A stretch of DNA of 63,555 nucleotides, the filler included, from Choristocarpus tenellus KU-1152 (taxonomy: Eukaryota; Protista; Phaeophyceae), in assembly GCA_964200185.2 (NCBI GenBank). It is 9 parts of 9 records of this genome, joined end to end, with 100 filler letters (N's around TTAATTAATTAA, not from the genome) between each part and the next. Parts side by side here need not be neighbours in the genome. Positions count along the whole stretch, not along the records: positions 49,519 to 54,932 come from CAXNAD020010859.1; positions 55,033 to 60,514 come from CAXNAD020010645.1; positions 60,615 to 63,555 come from CAXNAD020023489.1; 6 more parts are not named here. One strand, 5' to 3'. The number at the start of each line of letters is the position of its first letter. Positions within the stretch are counted from its first letter, which is position 1. The translations under genes and the position numbers were made by a program. The notes under the pieces are model-generated. The model was not told the DNA's origin. It saw only the letters and a list, made by a program, of their open reading frames with translations, and did no database searches. Positions 50,904 to 62,320 of this stretch are shown in pieces.

Positions 50904-53694
50904 CTCATCCTGGAAGGTTAGGCTTCCCATGGTGGTGTCTCTCTTGTAGTTCTTGGTGGAGTACAGGCAGTCATCACTGACATAAACACTAGAACCATCT
51001 GGGGCCACCCCCAGGCCGTACAGGCAAGACCCTCCTCCCATCGTCTTCCTCGTCGGAAAATTAAGGGTTAGGGTTAGGGTTAGGGTTAGGACTATAGCAA
51101 CGTGGTATAGGATTAGACAAATGCACAAGAGTAAATCAACCTGAGGAATGCGTGGTCTGTCTTTGTGTTGTTTTCTTCAAAGTGGGGTGGATGGCAGACA
51201 AGAGTCAATCTTCATCTGGACGTGCTCCGGCTTATTATACATGTATATTTATATATTCATCAATGAAAGAGGTGTTATTGTTCCGGTGGTTCAATAGTAT
51301 ACAGTTGCCATACGTTATCCCCAGTCCCTAGCCCGATTCTTGAATGTTATTCATGTTCTCTTTTTTTCTAATATTGTTGCATCCGTCCAATGATAGATCA
51401 TGTATAGAAGTCTGTGTGAACGTAGGCTGTAGTGGACAGCAAGCGTCACACTGGGACTGTAATAATGATAGTAATAATATAATGATAGTAATGATAATAA
51501 TAATAATAATGATAATAATGATAATAATGATAATAATGATAATAATGATAATGGTGATACTGATAATAATAACGATAATAATAATGGTAATAATAATGGT
51601 AATAATAATGGTAATAATGACAAAAATAATAGTAATAGTAATGATAACAATAAAAAATACAAGAAGATAAACAAAGAAAAGAAGACAGTGGTCTTTATTT
51701 GCCTGACAGGAACATGCTTTGATGTAACTATTATGCAAGTAGATCCTTTGTTGCCCCATAAGAACAAAGGAAACCAACACCACAATCAAAGCGTTCACTT
51801 CTTCATGACTTGAACCTAACTCCAACCCTAAACCATGAGTGCTCTTGACCATGTCTAACCTATGATAGCACTGCACAATGGCACACTGGCTAATCTACCT
51901 TAAATAGAACAGGCCAGGACCTTTGCCACTGTGAATAGGTCTTTTGGGGGGTAATATGGCAAGGATCATGGTTGTCCTTGAATTTTGAATCATGCAGGTA
52001 CACACGTGCCATTCGTGTCATGCTATTATGTGAGAGAACATCTAATGGCCTATGCATTTGTACTGCCCTGAAAAAGAGTGGCACATTGTGAAGATCAATT
52101 CACTTGGGCTTTGGCATGTAGCAGTAGGTAAATCCGTGTTGTCAATGACTTGCCTCCAAAATTCTTATAGGTAATCAGATCACAGACATACCCTGAAACT
52201 CCATTACTGAGTCAAAGTAAACAAGAGGTATCAAGGGCTGCATTTTATGGATGCTAAATACTGTGCAAAACTCATTTTTTTTGTATAAAAACGTAGAGGG
52301 CCTTTTCCTCATTCCATCAAAGGTTTTCAAACAACAGAGAAGTCAATGCTCCCGTGTCAATCTGACCACTTCATCCATGGTAAGAAGGGTGAATCGTAAA
52401 AGATTAGAAGAGGGACTTAAAATGCGAAATGGCCAAAACCTGGGTGCCTCTCGGTTACTTTGCCTCTGTGCAAAGCCAAGTGGTAGCCCTCGTGGAAATC
52501 TCAAAGGATCTAACCTGTTCCACGGTAAATGTTCCATCTCCACTTGATCGGGAGCTGTAGTGAGTCAGTAGGTGCTGATCATCATCAATAACGTACAGAT
52601 CCTGTAAGTTGAGTCAGCAATAGAGTCCAAATAAGTGGTACTGGCTCACCCAAAGTATCTGGGGGGGGGTGTCTACACCGGGGGTCCATTTGATCCATAA
52701 CCAGGAAACATAGACTTGCATTATCCATCCAACGTATGCAACCAAATCACACAAATAAAGCGATATGAAAAAGTTGACCCCAAACGGACAGCCGCCACCC
52801 CCCCCCCACCACAAACACTTAAAACACCGTCCCATGGCACAGTAGGACAACCGAAACCCAAGTAATCTTAGGGCAAAGGGCTTCCATGTGTTGGGTTTAG
52901 TAAATCATCTTTGCTTTAAAGGGTGCAATTGATTTTCTGCTATATAAGAATAGTATAATGAGAGCTTGGCATTACTCTCAACAGCACAAGAAGGTCGAGA
53001 AATGATGCTGAGGATCTTATGAGCCCAACCTGGGATGAGTCTGGAGCAAACTCTCCCCGGATAATTCCTCGGTGTGCTCCCTGTTGAATAAGGCTCAAGT
53101 CCCCAGAAGCGTCAATGCTGATTGATGAGGGTGATTGTGACGAGTTTGGTAGTATGATTGGGGGTGGGAGGAGCAAGTGTGTTTATTGCAAGTGGGTGAG
53201 ATTTACTACCGGGAGAGGTTAGGATGGATGCTAGAATAAAACAAAGGAGGAGAGAGCGAAATAAAACTCTAAGGTGTTTGTAGGCATCAGTTCAGTTAAT
53301 CACCCAGAATATGTAGAAGTGCACAAGATTTGAACAATTGATGTCCAAGTAGCACATCCTCTTTTCTAACCCTAACCCTAGCCCAGAAATGTAGTATAAG
53401 AGGAAGAAATATTTTACACCTATCAATTGTCTGTAGAGAGGAATTGACAGAATGGTCCTGCAAACCAAGGCAACTAACACCAATGGAACTTAGAGGTTGG
53501 TTCAGTGCCTGAAAACAATGACCCTTCAGTGTTGCAATCCTTTCTCTTACTCCACACCAGTGGTGAGGTGGTTTCACAAGCTTGTCTACAGTGTTTACAT
53601 GCCTGAAAAAACCGAGTGTCCCTATGCTTGCCCCTAGCCTCCCAAGGGTCACAAGAGTGTTCCCATCGGGGCTGATCAATACCTGCTCAACAGA
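50904..53694 (-). CDS. Beta-propeller (lactonase/YVTN-like) repeat exons; fragmentary or decayed
   Basis: 50904-51049 ..GLGVAPDGSSVYVSDD..YKRDTTMGSLTFQDE|gtaag; about 53603-53694 SVEQVLISPDGNTLVT..; (S/A)PDGxxVYV blade motif. Confidence 0.55.
51064..51090 (+). repeat. Interstitial telomere-type (TTAGGG)n tract
   Basis: AGGGTTAGGGTTAGGGTTAGGGTTAGG. Similar tracts at about 4752-4774, 12145-12170, 53366-53380 and 61657-61672. Confidence 0.85.
51460..51652. repeat. (ATA/ATG)n degenerate trinucleotide microsatellite
   Basis: Direct reading; source of the poly-I/L spurious ORFs. Confidence 0.95.
52647..52820. mobile_element. MITE family B copy, reverse orientation, one end degenerate
   Basis: CAAAGTATCTGGGGGGGGGGTCTACACC...GGACAGCCGCCACCCCC. 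Confidence 0.82.
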
Positions 53695-54767
53695 CTGAGG
53701 GCAAGCCATACACAGGTGGCAGAGATGGGTAGATTTATTGTAGAATGGCGAAAGATCATTTTAATTATTAAATATGGAAATAGAATGTGAGAGGAGTGTA
53801 TGACAAACAGCCACAAGTTGGTGAAGTATTCTCTCTATAAGCAGAGCATGTACCTTGACCGAGTGGACAGTTAGATCATAGAGGTGGTAGGGTGATCCCT
53901 GGAATAGAAACATTTTTTGTATGCCCCTAGAATGTTGTTGCCCGAGTTAACATCAGCTTAACCCTCAAGAATATTTCTTAAACTTGCAGTTTGGGGTTGC
54001 GGTCCATGGATGGACAACAAACATGTACTGAAGTAGTAGAATATGTACTTTGTATTTTATCGATCTTAACCTCCTGAAAAAAAAAAAGGCTTTGTGCAAC
54101 CAGTCCCTGTACTCCTAAGTGCATGTCAACAAGGGGCTCTCACCAGCGTTTTTGAAATGTATCGAGAATTAGGTCTCTAGGTTTAGGCTGACTTCACTTG
54201 CTTCAAGATTGGAGAGGGGCCACTAGAGACCTAGGAAGATAGCATTTATGTGGTACACTTACATCTCCTTGAAGTATTTTGTGTCAGACAGGTTAATAGT
54301 AGCGATTTTTTCCCGATAGTTAGATGTGCGACATATTGCTGCAATTTGTTGTACAATGACCATGCATGCCATAAAGCAGATGGCTTGTGGGCAGATGAGT
54401 CAGTCCATTTAACACTATTTCACTTGGATGAGTAGGGAGAGTTGAAATGAATATGCCAAATGAAATCTAGGGGCAACTAAACCTCTGGTGAAGTCTATAA
54501 ACCATCAAACTTAGGGTGGATGTGGACATTCTCTTGTCCAACCTAGATAAACCAACAGGACAAACTATGTCAGACCAGGAACATCCACACTCCTGACAAG
54601 GAAGGTTGCCTTAGAAATGAAGGCCACAGTGACCTAGAACACTTCATCAGTACATAGCAAAAGAAATATGGTTTTCGTCTCTTTGGAAACAATTTTGATC
54701 ATTGAATACTGCACCCCCCGTTATTTATTTTTCTTACCACAGTATACACAGAGAAATGGTTTGGGAA

Positions 54768-54932
54768 GGCTCCAGTATCTGGGGGGGGGGGTGGCAGCTG
54801 TCCATTCGAAGCCAATTTTTCCATGGCATAATTTTTTGGGTGATTTGGTTGCATGTGTTGGATGGATAATGTAAGTGCACTTCTTCTGGTCAGGGCCTGA
54901 ATGGATACCCTGGTGTAGACCCCCCCTTCCCC
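54768..54932. mobile_element. MITE family B copy truncated at contig end
   Basis: Family B body running into the linker. Other partial B copies lie at about 17748-17779, 32530-32615, 38245-38354, 38421-38454, 40051-40157 and 60615-60655. Confidence 0.8.
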
Positions 54933-55958
54933 NNNNNNNNNNNNNNNNNNNNNNNNNNNNNNNNNNNNNNNNNNNNTTAATTAATTAANNNNNNNNNNNN
55001 NNNNNNNNNNNNNNNNNNNNNNNNNNNNNNNNCTGGGTAGGGCGGAAGGATAAGTACGCCAGCACACCCCTATGGTGAAACACCTAGGTCAACTATACAG
55101 GGGAATGTGCATTCCTTGCACTATGGAGGGTGGCAGTAGTCCACTTACAGTGGACAGGAAGTTCCGCACGAATGTAATTTTCCGTACTGGGGCACTACCT
55201 ACCGAGAAAAAGGCCTCCTTCTTATGTTGCTTTTGCAAAGGTCCAAGCAGCCTGCCATTTGCCACACTTATCTACCAGCAATGGTGTAGCCACTGCTGAT
55301 GCCAAGCCACGAAAGCGCACCCAATGCGATAGATCTTTTGGAGCTCGTAGTTTCAATCACAACACCTTCTTCGTGGTGGGAAGCTTTGGGCGCCTTGGAA
55401 ATAAAAGTAGAGACGAACTGTTACAGGCGAATGGAGCGAGAATTTCTTCTTCGTGTTCTAGCAAGCGCGAGCAGTATACGAGGTTCGTGCACATGGGAGA
55501 CCTTACAGAACGAATGCCGATTTCCTAAAAGTTACAGTAAAGATTTGTAATTTGAGTACGTATACAACAGCTTACAGATGTTTTGCAACTTGTAGTCTGT
55601 AGAAATCGAGTGGATGACGCTAATATATAAGAGTTGCTTTGGAGACAGTCGACGTATCTCTTTCAATCTTTTCTATCGAATAAAATATTAAGTCAAACAT
55701 TAAGCTAAGCACTGAGTGAAGCATCGAGAGAAGAGTGGACGACACCCCAAGTGGCTATCCATTAATTGTCGAAATACCCCAGTAGCGTCGTTCAAAGTTC
55801 GTTTGGATTAGAGGTACACATCCTGTGGAGGTAAGTTCTGGAGGGTATTTGTAGCAACAGAACTTCTTGGGTGAACTGGCCACTCATGCAGTAGGGGGGA
55901 GAGGGGCTGGGGTATATCGTAGGAAAGGGGCTGTCGAGTCTTGTTTGAGACAGATAGT

Positions 55959-55995
<37 letters not shown>

Positions 55996-56306
55996 AACAT
56001 ATAATAGAAGTCCTCACGAACTAAATGTCTCCTACATATTATATCTAGAAAATGTTAGTGGGTATAAGAATACATGTTTATTATAGAAAATACTGTTGAC
56101 CGACCGTCTGTACGCAAGTTAAAACACCGTTCAGAATAAGTCCGATTAGAGGCATAGTAACAGTGTACACTTTTCTTTTTTTTTACACATCGCATTGTAA
56201 TTATAATTACAACCTTTTATCAGAGTGGCGTAGTATATCCGATAGTCAAACAGTAAATAAATTTGAGGGAGATGTCTTTCACATTTACAACTGCTACTAT
56301 TACAGG

Positions 56307-56736
56307 GACCCAAAGTAAACGAGAGGTACCCAGGTTTTGGCTGTTTTCATATTCCGACATTTTTTTCATTTGTTGTAATTCGCCCTAATTTCTATAGATA
56401 TACTAAGATTGATGTCAGAAGTCTTAAAATATGAAATGGATTTGACAGCATTCATTTCTCTATTTTTGTTATTATGCCCTCTTATATTTTCCAGTTGTAT
56501 CAGGGAAAAATCAACAAGAAGTAGAATGTAGAATACTCTATTGTTGAAGATTTTGGAAAGAATTCAGAAAATCCCTACGCGCATTTGTACAAAAAGTCGA
56601 AATTTGCAAATAACAGCCGATTTCAAAAATTGAGGATGGAGCTTTCATTGAGGATGGGCTTGACCCCAAATTGACTGGGATAAAGTGTCAATATGTTTTT
56701 TATGTAACCCTGGGTACCTCTCGTTTACTTTGACTC
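56307..56736. mobile_element. MITE family C (longer copy), flanked by AGG/AGG
   Basis: Near-perfect ~28-bp TIR GACCCAAAGTAAACGAGAGGTACCCAGG / CCTGGGTACCTCTCGTTTACTTTGACTC. Partial copies start at 52209 and 58734. Confidence 0.85.
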
Positions 56737-59700
56737 AGGGGTGGGATCCTTACGATATTGATTTGGGGTTTTCCCTGACACATCTCCAAAATGTCAGGCA
56801 TATTTATATTTATATCCTCTGATATTTTGCAGGTGTGTCAGGGGAAAACCCAATGAAAAGTCGGTCAAATATCAGAACCCCTGGGAAAGTATAACCCCTG
56901 GAAACGTAACAGTGTCGTAAATATGAAAGACAATTTTCTATCATTTATATTTACTATTTTACTACCAGCTATGATACACCACACCCTCCTATTATGCCTC
57001 CAACCTAGTTTAGCCCTACACCCCAAGGTGAGGAGCTAGGTAGGGAAGCATCCCAAGAATCTAACTAGTCCCTCGCCCATCTCTGTGATGTCTCCAGCTA
57101 AAAACGCATAATAATATAACAAATTCATAGTGAGTAACGATGTCTGAGAGAGCAGTAAAAGGAATAATCCAGGATGTTCACCATGAAGTTAGCGTATCCA
57201 CCATCTAGCACATTTCCGCGATCCATCCCAACAACGTTGAAACACTTGATGACGATGGACTAGGTCGACATTTTATTAATGAGCAGTCAGATTTAAAAAA
57301 AAATCAATTAGGCCGCCCATGTCATGGTTATGAATCCCCATTACCATCCACTTTAGAAATACTTGAATCTTGTATGCCGCCGTATTTCCTACATTACTAT
57401 TGTAGATCTAACACAAGAAAATTCTAAACAGTGACTAAATACACCATACATCTTATCTCAGAGGGCAGAGTAATGTGATTAATGAAGTGGAAAGGAGTGT
57501 TGTCTGCTATCTATATTGTCAGGAATATCGGCTTCAAGTGGAGGATCTTTCGTGAGATAAGAGGCGTGGAATGCTTTGAAGAAGAAGCCAATCCCACAAG
57601 CAGCGGATATCTCTTCCATCAGAGATGACAAATATCACATATTCTCTCTGATGTCAAGTCTCTTGAACTCTCTCTAACGATATTCCACCCTACAGTTTTT
57701 GACTCTTTTCCAACGTTAACCTCGTCCTCTCGATTACAGTTCGTTTTGGTCAGTCCGCTCCGTCTTCTAGTGATTCTCTTCACCACCCTTGCTTGAGAGA
57801 AACCACGCCACCACATAACCATATTATTCACTGCAGGCTGCTTCCCAATATAACACAATAACAAATCATACGCAGCCATAACCAGAAGGGTTTCCTGGTT
57901 CAAACTGGAGACGCTTAAGTCGATGGCGTAGGAGAGGCTTGACGGACTCATGGAATTCCTCCCTTGATTCTCGCCTGACTTCATAGACTTAGTTTGTGTG
58001 TTATTTTTAGTTGTTTTCTGGTCCATTCTTTTACGTCGAAGTTGTTAGTGCATTTGATATATGTAGTAGCAGTAGTAGCAGCAGCAGTAAAGGTCCTTTT
58101 TGCTTTGCTCATGATTCTAGATAAACTAGTTAGCCCTTTCTTGTCCTTGCATTCATTCAACTTCTCATTTACTGACATCACGCGACCAACCACTCCATAC
58201 CACACCAACTCACACTACCACCTTGCTACCATACCTACATCACACCACCACATTGTTACCAAACCAGCTCCACAACACCACATTGTTACCGCCTCAGCTG
58301 TGTCGCCAATTTCCACTTATCCAATCACCAACCAATAATGCCGCCAATTTCCGCGAATTCACTCCCACACCAGTCCTCCCAAACGCTCCACCTCCATCCA
58401 TTACTCTCCATATTTCTGTGCAACAATCCAAATCCATCCAAGAACACCCCACAATAATCCAAAACACTCCACCTTCATCCACTTCTATACTGTGCCTTTG
58501 AACCAGAAGACATCTACCTCGCCCAAGCTTAACCTCTCCCCCCCCCAACATCCCACTCCATTGTGAGCAATCGAGAGGGTGGGCAGGTAGGAAAGATCGC
58601 TTAGAGGTTACCTGGAGCCTGGCCTCCGAGTCCTTATTTTTCAACACCTTTCATTTCATCCTTTTCTTCTACCCTTCCTCAGCCTCTGCCCCCCCAATGC
58701 CATTCATTTCCATTAACTTCCCAACTACCAAATGAGCCAAGGTAAACGAGAGGTGCACAGGTCTTGGCCGTTACGCATTTTAAGCCAGTTTTCCATATTT
58801 CGCAATTCACCCATATTTCTATCGATAGAGTGCTACGTTTGACTTAAGGACATTCATTTCTCTAGTACTGGGAAAAATTCGACACAATTCAGAAAATATG
58901 CTATACGTATTTTTTAAAATAGACGAATTTTGTACAGATATTTATATTATTTTTACAGACGTGTGAAAAATAAAATAGTGAAAAGTCAGTTCAATAATAA
59001 TATATTACATATACGTACATACATACCCGCTGTAGGGTGTAGGGTAATAAGTAGATTGGAGGCATAGGAGCCGAGGGACGTAGCATAGCTGATAGCAAGA
59101 AGAGTGTAGATGGTAGAAAAATATCTTTCACATTTATGGCAACTGCTACTTATATAGGGCTTGTTCTGATATTGAACTGGCTTTTTCCCTCACACATCTA
59201 CAAAATAAGAGGGCATAATAAAAAAATATGTTAGAAACGTGGCTAACAGGGTTGTCAGCTACCTCACCGTTATTGCTGTATGGTTTATACCGACATACCG
59301 ATTAAGGTTATTTTCTAATATATTCGGTTCAATTGTAGAGTACCTTCGAGGGGATAGATTTCCATGAATGCTTACTACTGTGATATCTCTTCTTGAAGAC
59401 GTTTTCCGAAGGCGGATATCCCATCTCCAAAGGGTTTCTTTTCTGAATGCCATCGGAACCGTGATCTTCCCCACTTCCTCGGCCCCTGTCCTCATGTCCA
59501 ACCTTAACCTCGTCTTCTCCATTACGGTACGTCTTGATCCATCTTGTCCCTTTTGCCCCATGATTCTCTTCGAAACCTTTGCCTGAACCACGCCAGCACA
59601 GAATCAAACAATTCACAGAAAGAGTATCTATATTCATATACAACTCGATCTTCCACATTTCGTGCACATTTTTCAATATTTGAAATGGAGTGACCAAACG

Positions 59701-60745
59701 AATTGGGCACTTGGACTAGTACAACACGTAGTGGACACGGTCTGGACATCCAGGGAAAGGTTTGACTGCCCAGCGGACATGGTCAGGACATGTCAGAATA
59801 TTAGGCCCTGTCTGGCTGGTGAACAAGGACCACCAGAATACCCTGTGGACATGGTCCAGGCAAGTTTGAGAATGTTACACCCTGTCTAGCCGACGGACAT
59901 GGGCCGGTTCGATATACCGAGTGACCATGGTTCGGACATGTCAGATAATTGTGGGACAGATCTAGCCATTGGAAGGATCATTTTACTTTGCGGGTAGGGT
60001 GAAACGTCCTGGAAATCTTCCCTCTTATTTTGATGAAGAGATCTGAACGGCGGTTTGTTCTTTTGTCACACATACGAAAATTCAGAACGAAGTTGCTACT
60101 ATCAGTAACTGTGTGAATGAAACTCTTAACCCTCCACCCAACAAAGTATGCGTAAAGCTGGCCCCTCTACTCTTCCCATTTCCCCTACTCGATCCCTTCC
60201 TCCCCCTCCCTTGCTTTTTGAGCAAAAACAACAGGCTGCCTGAGTGGGAAGTTGACAAATTTCCTAGTGGTTCTGGTACTTTCCAAGAACTATTGGTAAC
60301 CCTTCTCGTAAGCTTCTCACCTCCCGCTGGAGCCTTGGTCCTTCCTTTGGTCTATGACGGCACCTTGTCCTGATACATAGCTGTCTGGTTACCACCCCTT
60401 CATTCCCCAACCCGTCTTCTTTTTGTCCGTTCGATTCTTCCCCCCCCCCCCCCCCAACAAATTCCCAACTTTTTTTCTTTTAAAAACCGTGAACGGGTTT
60501 TATTGAATGTAAAANNNNNNNNNNNNNNNNNNNNNNNNNNNNNNNNNNNNNNNNNNNNTTAATTAATTAANNNNNNNNNNNNNNNNNNNNNNNNNNNNNN
60601 NNNNNNNNNNNNNNCCCAAATGGACAGCCGCCACCCCCTCCCAGATACTTTAAGCCAAAAACTGTCCAATTGAGTGCCCAACTTCCTCCAACGCTTTATG
60701 TCCTAACTATCCCGTAATCAACTTCCTCATCTCCATAAGGTTAAC

Positions 60746-61004
60746 GAGCCAAAGTATCTTAGAGGGTATGGTCGCGTCCGTTTGGGGGTCAAAATCCATT
60801 CTTGCGATTTTGATGTAATTTTGACTATCATGTTTGTTAGGAAGTGTCAATATCCTTGTTCCGGACACACCTTTTCATAACGTACACATTTTACCTACTC
60901 CGAAATGTTTTGGAGTAGGAAAATGTCATAAAAAAACTCATGGGAAGTCAAGCCTCAAATGGACAAACAGGGCAAGACTCGTACCCTTTAAGATACTTTC
61001 ACTC
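60746..61004 (-). mobile_element. MITE family A, TSD TAAC
   Basis: Full TIRs; TAAC on both flanks. Confidence 0.92.
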
Positions 61005-62025
61005 TAACGGAAAAGGAGTTAATAATGCGATGTACTAATCTCTTTGAAGAAACTATGTCTAAACAAATAAACAGTTAAATGGAACAGCAATTGGTCAGGA
61101 GGAGTGATAAATAGTAAAATATTATCCCATATTTTTTTAGAGGGGCTAAGAATATATATATTATGTGTGTACTTTTTGTGTATATGTTCTTTCACATTTT
61201 TCTAAGCATTTTTTTTTTGGAGCTGTTTCAAAATTTCAAGAAGTGCTGTGTTGAAATATTATAGTACAAGGGAAATGCATAGGTATATACCAACAATGAA
61301 ATACCATATATTTTGTAGGGCTAGGATTAGGGTTGTAGTACCCATTGATAGCGAGCCTGAAGCTGTACTCCAAAAATTGCCCTCACAGTGTCTAACTAAC
61401 TCCTTATTATTGTCAGTTCTTACTTGCATCCCACTGCTGGACATAGCATCACTAGTCGAAATCCTTAATGCCCTAAATTTGACCACAAATCACTCACCCC
61501 CTTTCCCGGAACAATCCTTGTGCTTTAGTGTTGTATTTTTTACTTCCATCCTCAGAAGGTTTTTTGTGCAGACAGTCCACAAGGTGTGTCCCTCTGATGG
61601 GATACTTCCAGCAGTAGCGAGTACCTTGGTTGCCTTTTATCCCAGTCAAAGCAGAGCCCTAACCCTAACCCTACCTCTATCACTTGATATCGACAAATGT
61701 ATTTTTTTCTTTACAAATGGTGATCTTGAATGAACGATTCCGTGTTTTTTCATGCTTCAGCACGCACTATGTTCCCGATTGATGGAAAGGGTACATTTTT
61801 TTTTCCAGCGAGAACACATTTCCTTAGAGTGAGGCTGACCTGCTCAGTGGCCTATCCCTGATCCTCACCCTTAGCTTCTAGTAGCAATATAGGCAAGGGA
61901 CTGTTTTATAAATTGCTATTATTGTTACTGTGAAGTAGAAATCAAGGCCCTCTTTGCTGACTCATTGTATTGCTGATTGTGCTAGGGTTTGTGGGTTGCG
62001 GGATTCAATGTTTAAGAGGCATGTG

Positions 62026-62320
62026 CACCTCCTCGGTTGAGTACAACACCCGCCTGACCATACGTGTGGAAAACCGCCCTGTGTCTAACAGAACCGGTGA
62101 TGAATGTGCTGTAAGCGCTATACAATAACCCCTTAATGCTTTGAGGTGTGTAGTGCACTAGATTAAAAAGTAGCACCTCCTCAGTTGAGGACAACCCCCG
62201 CCTAACCACATGTGTGGAGAAGCGCCCTGTGTCTGACAGAACCAATGATGAATGTACTGTAGTGCTGTACGTGAATCCGTAGGCATGCTTTGAGGTACGT
62301 GTAAGGTACTAGACTAAAAC
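62026..62320. repeat. ~148-bp diverged tandem duplication containing an exon-like unit
   Basis: CACCTCCTCRGTTGAG...CGCCCTGTGTCTRACAGAACC at 62026 and 62174. Confidence 0.85.

Noticed and set aside
51328-51876. Long hydrophobic poly-Ile/Leu ORFs
   Set aside because: Translation of an (ATA/ATG)n microsatellite.
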